From the IMG/VR virus record IMGVR_UViG_3300042367_000228, positions 186,001-250,000 of that record: a stretch of 64,000 nucleotides of DNA, one strand, 5' to 3'. Numbering within the stretch: position 1 is the stretch's first letter; every line of letters begins with the position of its first letter. The notes below the pieces were generated by a model that was not told the origin of the DNA, did no database searches, and saw only the letters and a list, made by a program, of their open reading frames with translations. The position numbers and the translations under genes were made by a program. This document shows, piece by piece, positions 56,642-64,000 of this stretch.

Positions 56642-56983
56642 TGTATTTTGGTTAATAAGGCATACATGCCCCAGAGGGGTAGGTTATTAAGCTACCATGT
56701 CAGCTGCTTCCAAAGAGAAGTCAACTGTCATATACTCGAATTTAGATGCTTTTGCGTCTATAAGTTTTGCGCTGTTTAGGACAGTCACCTCACCTGTTGC
56801 CGTCTCCATTATCTCACCAAGTCGAATCCAATTCATCCCCATTATAAAACACACTATCACTTCCCATTTGAGGGGCAGGAAGTCTACGGCTGTTGCCCCA
56901 CTCCGATACCTCTAATGTGTTTTATGGTGGAGATGTGGGGTTTCGAACCCCAGTGTTTGATGCCGTCACTTTGAAGGAATTAC
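56642..56983 (-). ncRNA. ssrA: Permuted two-piece tmRNA
   Basis: Acceptor piece ends GGGGTTCGAAACCCCACATCTCCACCA (56925); coding piece starts GGGGATGAATTGGATTCGAC (56840); G3.U70 pair; tag frame 56755-56687 AKASKFEYMTVDFSLEAADMVA followed by two TAA stops. Confidence 0.88.
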
Positions 56984-57039
56984 AACAATAATAAACACAC
57001 TAAAATATTTAATGTGCTTATTATTGTTAACTTGTGCAT

Positions 57040-57067
57040 ATTATAACATAAAAATAATATTTGTCAA
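57040..57067 (-). promoter_or_regulatory. sigma70-type promoter of tmRNA
   Basis: TTGACA-16 nt-TATAAT. Confidence 0.78.
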
Positions 57068-57149
57068 GTGTTAATGATAAATAAAAATGTAGTTCACGAT
57101 GCGCTAACATCTAACTACTCTAAACATTTTTAACTTTTAAGGAACAACA

Positions 57150-57947
57150 ATGTCCAGCAACATTATTTATACCAAACCAATCTGCGCCTGTATTATTTGT
57201 AAAAAAGAATTTTCTATTTACGGAATTCATACACATTTTGAACGTGCGCACGGAACACCTGAACAAAAACAAAAATATCCATCTGGTAATCATGGAAGAT
57301 ATAATGATGAATCATATCTTCAAAAAATAAAAACCCCTCGGCATGTAATTACTGATACATGTAAACAGTGTGGTAACACATTTACTTATGAAAAATTAGT
57401 GTCTAATACATATAAGAAAGGTTGTAGTAAATCCTGCATAACAAGTTTAAATAATAAAGCAAGAATTAACAATGGGTTTGTGCAACCTAAACATTCTTCC
57501 GAAGCAAGAAAACAAGCCTCAGAACGATCAAAAGCATTATGGCAAAATTCTGAATACGCTAAAAAAGTAATGTCGCAATCAAAACGATTTACATCAAAAA
57601 ATGAAGTCTTAATAAGAGATCATTTTATAAACACTCATCCAGAAGATGAATGGACATTTGGCGGCGGCTTAAAACATAATGGAGAAACAATTGTACGTGA
57701 TTTATTTTCTAAAAAATTAAAGATATGTTTTGAATATGACGGCATATGGCATTTTAAAGAAGTGCATGGCCAACTTGCTCGTAAGCAGTTAAAGGATAAG
57801 TTATTAGAGGAATGGTGTATTGAAAATAAATATTCTCTAATAAGACTTGATGAAAATAAGTTCAACAGTAGTTCAATTGCTGAACTAACTAAAATATTTT
57901 ATTCATTAGATAAACCTACAATTTTAAAAATTGGTGATAGGTACTAA
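57150..57947 (+). CDS. Free-standing endonuclease (Zn fingers + Vsr/DUF559-like PD-(D/E)XK domain)
   Basis: CIIC..H...H, CKQC..CSKSC; SKNE..RDLF....KICFEYDGIWHF..D..L. Confidence 0.7.
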   Translation: MSSNIIYTKPICACIICKKEFSIYGIHTHFERAHGTPEQKQKYPSGNHGRYNDESYLQKIKTPRHVITDTCKQCGNTFTYEKLVSNTYKKGCSKSCITSLNNKARINNGFVQPKHSSEARKQASERSKALWQNSEYAKKVMSQSKRFTSKNEVLIRDHFINTHPEDEWTFGGGLKHNGETIVRDLFSKKLKICFEYDGIWHFKEVHGQLARKQLKDKLLEEWCIENKYSLIRLDENKFNSSSIAELTKIFYSLDKPTILKIGDRY

Positions 57948-58154
57948 TTACTCCCATCTTAAAACAAACCATGCATGATTAGATTTAACTTGGAATACAT
58001 GTACGCCAGTGCTACAATATTGTAATAAGAATTCTTTACATTTATTCCTTAACATCCAAGTTAACACTTCATTGTAATCGTCAGATGTATTACACCTGTA
58101 TACAGGATAGTTATTCCAACCTGGATAAGTTGTTCTTGTTACTTGTTTCTTCAT
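57948..58154 (-). CDS. Small hypothetical protein (F.L.W family)
   Basis: Ends AWFVLRWE; GAGG RBS. Confidence 0.6.
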   Translation of the reverse strand: MKKQVTRTTYPGWNNYPVYRCNTSDDYNEVLTWMLRNKCKEFLLQYCSTGVHVFQVKSNHAWFVLRWE

Positions 58155-58164
58155 GTTACCTCAG

Positions 58165-58389
58165 TTAAATGCTTAATAAGAACCAGGCTAAATCTTTTTC
58201 AGATTCAAATGTTATGTGACCAAAACCTACATCCATGTTAAGATCACCTTTAAACTTATCTTTAACAAAATTTTTTGTTCTAGGTACTGATGTAACATTT
58301 TCAGGTAAGTAAACCTTATCGTGTGTTGCAATATATTGCCATTGTTTAAATGTTAGTTTATGTACTATCAAAATATCTCCCCCGCCCAT
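58165..58389 (-). CDS. Small hypothetical protein (F.L.W family)
   Basis: Ends FESEKDLAWFLLSI. Confidence 0.55.
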   Translation of the reverse strand: MGGGDILIVHKLTFKQWQYIATHDKVYLPENVTSVPRTKNFVKDKFKGDLNMDVGFGHITFESEKDLAWFLLSI

Positions 58390-58592
58390 AGCAAAGTAAA
58401 TACAAAGAAATCATCTTTATCCATATACCAATAACCAGATTGGTCACGACTTGTTTCATTGGTTATAACAAACTTTGCTGATGTGTAGCCTTGCTGTCTC
58501 ATAAATTCGTCACACAGCAATTTAGCATCAGGATCTCTGCTCCATAATTCATAAAACTCAGGATAATTATCGTATAAATCTTTTATCTTCAT
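58368..58592 (-). CDS. Small hypothetical protein (F.L.W family)
   Basis: Ends DFFVFTLLWAGEIF. Confidence 0.55.
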   Translation of the reverse strand: MKIKDLYDNYPEFYELWSRDPDAKLLCDEFMRQQGYTSAKFVITNETSRDQSGYWYMDKDDFFVFTLLWAGEIF

Positions 58593-58781
58593 TTAACCCC
58601 ACTTCAACACAAACCAGTTACGATCTTTCTCTTCTTTAAATTGAATAGTGTAATATAGCATAAACCATCTGCTGTTACTTGTTAATCCAGCAGATGGTCC
58701 AAACGTTTCAGTACACCATTCGTTAACTTCTACCTTACTTACACTGTGAGGCAGCCGTGCAGCATACCGTAACCCGCTCAT
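58593..58781 (-). CDS. Small hypothetical protein (F.L.W family)
   Basis: EWC.ETFG..FKEEKDRNWFVLKWG. Confidence 0.6.
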   Translation of the reverse strand: MSGLRYAARLPHSVSKVEVNEWCTETFGPSAGLTSNSRWFMLYYTIQFKEEKDRNWFVLKWG

Positions 58782-59053
58782 TACGAAACAGTAAGATACT
58801 TAATCTGGAACATCATAAAGCGTTTTTTGTCACTAACATCATAGTTCATAGTGTAGTAACCATCGTCATTTTTTAACATGATAACGCCGTACACTTTATC
58901 AATCCAATCTTGGAATGGCATTTGGGTAACTGCTTCAGATGCTAAAAACTCTTCTCTTGAATTACGTAACGCATTGCGATAACGATCACGGTGTTCAGTA
59001 GTTAGTTCTTCTTTTTTAGTTACAACTGGTTCTTGTTCAAGTAATAAAGACAT
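58781..59053 (-). CDS. Small hypothetical protein (F.L.W-like family)
   Basis: AGGAG RBS; ends DKKRFMMFQIKY. Confidence 0.6.
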   Translation of the reverse strand: MSLLLEQEPVVTKKEELTTEHRDRYRNALRNSREEFLASEAVTQMPFQDWIDKVYGVIMLKNDDGYYTMNYDVSDKKRFMMFQIKYLTVS

Positions 59054-59273
59054 ATAGTTCTCCTATAAAATTAAAAAAAAGTAAAATAGCAACACACTAA
59101 TGAATAATATATTAAGCTACAGATATGTAGCGGTTTGGTGTTCAATCTTGAGCAAATGTTATACAATGCTTTAAGTGTGTTGCGTATGTTGTATATTATA
59201 GCAGTATTTTAAATAATGTCAAACTTTATTAAACCTGTATTTAAATAAATACAATATACAGAGGAGTGCAAGG

Positions 59274-59555
59274 ATGCATGAAGTATTTAAACTTATAGGT
59301 GAGTTAGGCTTTCCTATCGCAGTAGCATTTGCTGGTGGGTATTTCGTATACCTAACCATTAAGCTATTGTTAGGTGGAGTGTTAGGAAGTATCAAAGGAA
59401 TGGCTGGAATCATTGTAGCATTAGATAACCGCGTTAAGACAATGAATCATGACGTCATCCGCATCGACACGATTGTATCAAATGCATTAGGGTTAAAACC
59501 AGATGTAGAACGTATATCGCGTGCTGATGGGAAAAATGATGCTCGTCGGGACTAA
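59274..59555 (+). CDS. Single-TM + coiled-coil membrane protein
   Basis: GFPIAVA TM segment; LDNRVKTMNHDVIRI. Confidence 0.65.
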   Translation: MHEVFKLIGELGFPIAVAFAGGYFVYLTIKLLLGGVLGSIKGMAGIIVALDNRVKTMNHDVIRIDTIVSNALGLKPDVERISRADGKNDARRD

Positions 59556-59566
59556 AAGGAATTAGT

Positions 59567-59764
59567 ATGCATTATTTAGATTATGTGTGGCAGTTATTTG
59601 AATTTGGAATGATCTTAGATGAAGAAATTGATCTTGATAGTTTAGGATGGGAAGATGGTTCTTATTTTAGATTAGACCGTACAACTGATGGTAGTCGTCC
59701 AGTTTTAAGAAAAGTTAAAGTAATTAAAAAATATACCCCGGGGGAAGAGAATGGATCCGAGTGA
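59567..59764 (+). CDS. Hypothetical protein (AbrB-like pattern)
   Basis: LDSLGWEDG motif. Confidence 0.55.
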   Translation: MHYLDYVWQLFEFGMILDEEIDLDSLGWEDGSYFRLDRTTDGSRPVLRKVKVIKKYTPGEENGSE

Positions 59765-60140
59765 ATTAGCTGGAGTTGTAAATAAGTACGGTTTTCCTAT
59801 TGTTATGGCAGTCGGAATGGGACTAATTATAAAATACGTGTGGGAATGGGCAACTAAAGAAGTTAAGCCGGTTATTAGTGAAGCTAATACTGTATTAATT
59901 GCTCTTATTGATCGTATTCGTATGTTAGATAATGATTTAATTAGATTAACTCAAAAGGTAAATACCGTATTACATTTACGTGGTAAGATTATTGAAAGTG
60001 ATCGTGTACTTGAACAAGTTAAAGTAGAGCGTGAAGCATCTAAACAATTTGACAAAGCTGTTCGTATGGACGATCCTAAACCGCCAAAGAAAAAAGCAAA
60101 ATCTGAAGATGATAATACTGCAGCAGCTGGAGAAAGTTAA
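59751..60140 (+). CDS. Single-TM + coiled-coil membrane protein, paralogue of 59274-59555
   Basis: YGFPIVMA TM; LIDRIRMLDNDLIRL. Confidence 0.65.
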   Translation: MDPSELAGVVNKYGFPIVMAVGMGLIIKYVWEWATKEVKPVISEANTVLIALIDRIRMLDNDLIRLTQKVNTVLHLRGKIIESDRVLEQVKVEREASKQFDKAVRMDDPKPPKKKAKSEDDNTAAAGES

Positions 60141-60142
60141 TA

Positions 60143-60385
60143 ATGAGAGTAAGTGAGATATTAGAAGGTATTGAGTTAGATGAAGCAAGAATACCTACTA
60201 GTAAAGAATTAAAAAGTGCGTTAATAAAGAAAGGATACACACCGAGTGAAGGTGGAGAACATATGAAGTTTCATGCACCTGATAAATCTCATCATATATC
60301 AATGCCTCGCGGGCCAAAACCATTAAGTATTGGCCTTGCAAGGTCTGTTATGAAAAAAGCTGGAATTACTGACGCTGATTTATAG
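60143..60385 (+). CDS. HicA-like protein with MRVSEILE leader
   Basis: KEL...L...GY....GGEH.KF......ISMP....L..GL...VMKKAG HicA pattern; no adjacent HicB. Confidence 0.65.
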   Translation: MRVSEILEGIELDEARIPTSKELKSALIKKGYTPSEGGEHMKFHAPDKSHHISMPRGPKPLSIGLARSVMKKAGITDADL

Positions 60386-60386
60386 C

Positions 60387-62435
60387 TTACTTTTCGTAAG
60401 CTATAAATTCTCCTTGCCACGAATCACCTAAGTCTTGTTGTTTCATAAACTCACAACGTTCAATCCACATTTTATAGTACTTGTCCATCTGTCCGCCAAA
60501 ACTACCTTTCATTGTTTTACAAATAGCAGCAGCATCATCAAATCTTTTTAGTTTGTATAAAATATGCATCATATCATGTTGATCTTTATCTGCACTGTAG
60601 TCGGCACCTTTAGTACGTAATGCAGTATAGATTAAATCTGCAACAGTTTTACCTTTTGGTTGTAAGTTGTCTAACATTAAGTAGAAGAAATCATCTTTAG
60701 TTCTATTATATGTTTCTGCACCTATAATACACAGTACACCATATGCTTTACAACGTGCTTCTAAACGAGCAGCAGTTGAAACCATATCGCCTAAGATATC
60801 ATAACTGTGTCTATCAGTAGAACCCATCTCTCCAATAAAGCCAATACCACTGTTACAACCCCAACCCATTGCTGCTGGAGGTAAACCTTGAGCTTCCATG
60901 ATCTTAGTATATTCGTCTACTGCGTCTAACATTTGTAAACCAACTTTAACAATAGTACGAGCATGATAGTCGTCATCAATAGGAGCACCGTGTATATGCA
61001 TAGATGCATCGCCTACGTATTTAATAACCATACCGTTGTTATCCATAATTGGTCTACTAATGCTATCCATGTATCCGTTCATGTATTTGCCAAGTCCTGC
61101 AACATCATCACCGTAGTGTTCACCAATTGGCGTAAAGCCGCGTAAATCAGAAAATAGCACCGATACATCTTTACGCACACCACGTTTAATTAGTTCTGGA
61201 TCTTTTTGTAGCATTTCGACTACTTCTTTAGAGCAGTAACCTGCAAATTGTTTTTTGATAGCTAGTTTTTGTGTTAGTTCAGAAACAAACTTAACAGTAT
61301 AAGCATGAGCATACACAAGGCCAAATCCAGACACAACAAACGTTGCATCCAGTAAAATGCTATAATTGGTGAAAACATAGCTAGCAGCATAAGGAATGCC
61401 GCCGATAAACATAATAATAGGAATAAAGCCATAACGCCACCTCGTTAAAAATATAGAACCTATTGCTAATACAATAAATGCTAATAGTTCTGCACCGTCT
61501 GCATAGTCTGGTCTAACAATGTTAGTACCAGATACTAGTGTATCTAATACAGCACTTTGAAGTTCATGAGGAAACCGTTCCCCTGTAGCTGTTGCCACTG
61601 GGTTGTTGAGTCCTCTTGCGGTAAGACCAACAATAACGATTCGTCCCTCAAAGGAGTCTGGAAGACTAGTGATTGAATAGCTTGTGGGCTTATGTGACCA
61701 GTCAATCCAAATTCTACTGTACGGGTCGGTTGCAATTTTTCCAAACTTAGGAATTCTGACAGCTTCAACTCCAAGCTCTGAGATTTTAACTTGGAAACTT
61801 GGATCTCCACTCGCGACTCGTAAAGTGTCAAGTCCAAGTGACGGGTATAACTTTCCTTTTGATGATACAACCATTGGCATTCTTCGTACAACGCCATCGA
61901 GTTCTGGGAAAGTGTTAACAATACCAGCACCTGCAGTAACATCGTTAAGTTGTTTAGTATTTGCTTGTATGTTTTCATAATTTACAGTAAATGGTTGATC
62001 TTCATTTCCTATTACACTAACACCTGGGCGAAATGCAATAGTATCTAATTTTACAGGTTCGTTAGTTGCGGTCTGCGGTAGTACAACAGGAGAAATTGAA
62101 ATAACGTTAGCTAAGTCTGCATCTCTTTTAAATCTATCTGCATCTGGCATAAAGATATTAAACACTACTAATCCTGCACCTCTAGCATATAAGTCTTCAA
62201 TTATCTGTGCGTATATGTCGCGAGAGAACGGAAATTGCCCATACTTCTCTAATGCAGCATCGTCAATGTTTACTGTAGTAACTGATGAGTCTTGTATTGG
62301 TTTACTTGTAATTAATGTATCAAAGTATCTTAGTCGCATACTTTCTACAAATGACGGATCTGCTATACGTACACCCGCTACTAACATAACTGTTAGTAGC
62401 GCAGTCCAGGGGTTTAATAATATTTTTTTAATCAT
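60387..62435 (-). CDS. CHASE2-domain class III adenylate/guanylate cyclase
   Basis: VNIDD..GQFPFSR, DGVVRR (CHASE2), 3 TM, FSDLRGFT, KYVGD, GDMVSTAARLE. Confidence 0.9.
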   Translation of the reverse strand: MIKKILLNPWTALLTVMLVAGVRIADPSFVESMRLRYFDTLITSKPIQDSSVTTVNIDDAALEKYGQFPFSRDIYAQIIEDLYARGAGLVVFNIFMPDADRFKRDADLANVISISPVVLPQTATNEPVKLDTIAFRPGVSVIGNEDQPFTVNYENIQANTKQLNDVTAGAGIVNTFPELDGVVRRMPMVVSSKGKLYPSLGLDTLRVASGDPSFQVKISELGVEAVRIPKFGKIATDPYSRIWIDWSHKPTSYSITSLPDSFEGRIVIVGLTARGLNNPVATATGERFPHELQSAVLDTLVSGTNIVRPDYADGAELLAFIVLAIGSIFLTRWRYGFIPIIMFIGGIPYAASYVFTNYSILLDATFVVSGFGLVYAHAYTVKFVSELTQKLAIKKQFAGYCSKEVVEMLQKDPELIKRGVRKDVSVLFSDLRGFTPIGEHYGDDVAGLGKYMNGYMDSISRPIMDNNGMVIKYVGDASMHIHGAPIDDDYHARTIVKVGLQMLDAVDEYTKIMEAQGLPPAAMGWGCNSGIGFIGEMGSTDRHSYDILGDMVSTAARLEARCKAYGVLCIIGAETYNRTKDDFFYLMLDNLQPKGKTVADLIYTALRTKGADYSADKDQHDMMHILYKLKRFDDAAAICKTMKGSFGGQMDKYYKMWIERCEFMKQQDLGDSWQGEFIAYEK

Positions 62436-63436
62436 TTTATTTTTGGCACCAAGTTGTCTTTAAATATTTCCCAACAATTTTCCCAAGTCCATCTAAATGA
62501 ACTTATATATACACGGTGTCTATCAAGTTTTAAACATTCTTCAATTGCTGTTTCTAAGTTAGTATCCATAATACCATTACGACCTTGTTCTATAATATCA
62601 ATAGGACCTGGCACTGGATATGCAGCAACTGGACAACCTAACGACATTGCTTCAATTATTACAATACCAAACGTATCAGCTGCACTTGGAAAAACAAATA
62701 CATCAGCATTAACATAATAATCAGCTAACTCTGATCCTGACTTGTATCCTACAAATTCTACTAATGGATATTTCTTTTCTAATCGTTTACGATAAGGACC
62801 ATCTCCTACAATTTGCACATGATACTTTTCGTTTTTAGATAATACACATAGATCATCTAATGATTTTTCTTTAGACACTCTGCCTACATATAGCAAAACA
62901 GTTTTGTCTGAATCTGCTTTGTGTGCAGTTGGTTGTAGTAATTCTCTATCAACACCGCGTGTCCATGGTATAACATTTGGTCTAAACTTATGTTCTTTAA
63001 GTTCTTCAACCATTGTTTGTGTAGTAGTTAATACTACAGTTGAATCTTTATGAAACCAACGCACGTATGCGTATGTAATCCATTTTGGTATTCCGTATAT
63101 TTTTTTAATAAACTCGGGAAACTTTGTATGATAGGACGTATTATAGTTAAACTTACGGTTGCGACAATATCCACGAGCTGCTAGCCCAATTGGCCCTTCT
63201 GTGCAAATATGAATATAATCTGGATTGATCCTGTCAATCATTTTTCTAATACCAGAGGTACGGCTAAGTTTTACTTCTGGATATTTTGGAGCATCTATAT
63301 AACGGAAATGACTAGGGTTTATAATTTCTATTTCATATCCGTTTAATTCTGCTTGTTTTTTTATATTAGTGAACGTAGTCACTACGCCGTTAACTTGATC
63401 AAACAAGTTGTCGGAAACTATTAAAATTTTTTTCAT
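62432..63436 (-). CDS. GT4 family glycosyltransferase
   Basis: NGVV, YVGRVSKEK, ADVFVFPS..DTFGIV..EAMSLG.PV. Confidence 0.9.
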   Translation of the reverse strand: MKKILIVSDNLFDQVNGVVTTFTNIKKQAELNGYEIEIINPSHFRYIDAPKYPEVKLSRTSGIRKMIDRINPDYIHICTEGPIGLAARGYCRNRKFNYNTSYHTKFPEFIKKIYGIPKWITYAYVRWFHKDSTVVLTTTQTMVEELKEHKFRPNVIPWTRGVDRELLQPTAHKADSDKTVLLYVGRVSKEKSLDDLCVLSKNEKYHVQIVGDGPYRKRLEKKYPLVEFVGYKSGSELADYYVNADVFVFPSAADTFGIVIIEAMSLGCPVAAYPVPGPIDIIEQGRNGIMDTNLETAIEECLKLDRHRVYISSFRWTWENCWEIFKDNLVPKIK

Positions 63437-64000
63437 TTGATTACCTTACAATTTTCAAAGTGCCAACGTTTCATAGAACTGTTTACTCCTGTTGTGTTGC
63501 AATGCGGGCAAGAGATATGTTGTCTATTTTGTTGAGAAGCAGACATTTTAGCTCTAGTTTCTATTGAGTGCGGTTTACCTGTATTATGTGCAGGTTTACC
63601 TGTTTTAATGCCTTTATTCCAAGCAGGCTTAGTTGCTTTGATTCCTTTATTTGGACCAGGTTTACCTTTCTTTGAATCACGTATTTTAGATTTAGTTTCT
63701 TCTGTACACGGTTTTCCTTGAACTGCTCCACTAATACCGTTTTCAGGTATTAAGTTAGCCCACTCTTTAGATTCTACTATATTATTTTCTTTTGAAAAGG
63801 TTAATGCAAATTCAGTTAACATAGTTTTATTTGTATATGGATCTGAAACCCAAATAGTTTCTACAAATTCCCTTCCGTGTGCAGTAATATGATTTTTCCA
63901 ATGTTTTCCTGATCCTAAATATCTTTTAGGATCTTGAGAAGTAGTTTTGCCGAAATATTTTAAACCTGTTACTGAATGTTGTTTGATATACAGATAAGTT
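63433..64000 (-). CDS. GIY-YIG-like homing endonuclease with NUMOD3 (5' end outside window)
   Basis: Frame stays open to window edge: YLYIKQH..TGLKYFGKT...Y.GSG; WANL.PENG; PAWNKG repeats. Confidence 0.75.
   Translation of the reverse strand, partial: TYLYIKQHSVTGLKYFGKTTSQDPKRYLGSGKHWKNHITAHGREFVETIWVSDPYTNKTMLTEFALTFSKENNIVESKEWANLIPENGISGAVQGKPCTEETKSKIRDSKKGKPGPNKGIKATKPAWNKGIKTGKPAHNTGKPHSIETRAKMSASQQNRQHISCPHCNTTGVNSSMKRWHFENCKVIK

Noticed and set aside
56697-56915. 72-aa + strand ORF
   Set aside because: Antisense to the tmRNA.
1-64000. Stop-codon reassignment
   Set aside because: Recognisable genes are full length in the standard code and no suppressor tRNA is present.

Overview
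AT-rich segment of a large lytic (jumbo-like, T4-like regulation) bacteriophage genome, standard genetic code. 1-9 kb: clamp-loader start, GroES-like protein, DnaE-like fragment, baseplate/Ig-like proteins, QueD, UvsE. 9-30 kb: + strand late block of very large baseplate/tail-fibre genes and 2OG-Fe(II) oxygenase-like genes. 30-54 kb: mostly - strand early genes with sigma70 promoters (DNA ligase, ClpP, IF-1, phosphoesterases, Pnk-like kinase, Rnl2-type RNA ligase, GroES, FeoA, macro domain, homing endonucleases), five tRNAs and a dense non-coding RNA zone. 54-64 kb: putative head-packaged effectors, a permuted two-piece tmRNA, small paralogues, a CHASE2 cyclase and a GT4 glycosyltransferase. 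The main discovery candidate is a TROVE/vWA (Ro60-like, DUF2828-type) gene with 12 small non-coding elements (42.5-49.4 kb). They share a covarying 7-bp terminal stem followed by NN-(A/U)C(A/U)GCA but carry different payloads: circularly permuted tRNA domains (YrlA-like), isolated anticodon stem-loops, other hairpins, or nothing (the empty copy abuts the RBS of the TROVE gene). The same zone holds an RNA that mimics the 23S rRNA L11-binding (GTPase-centre) domain with a ~240-nt insertion. All calls are by eye from sequence motifs; no database searches or folding programs were run.
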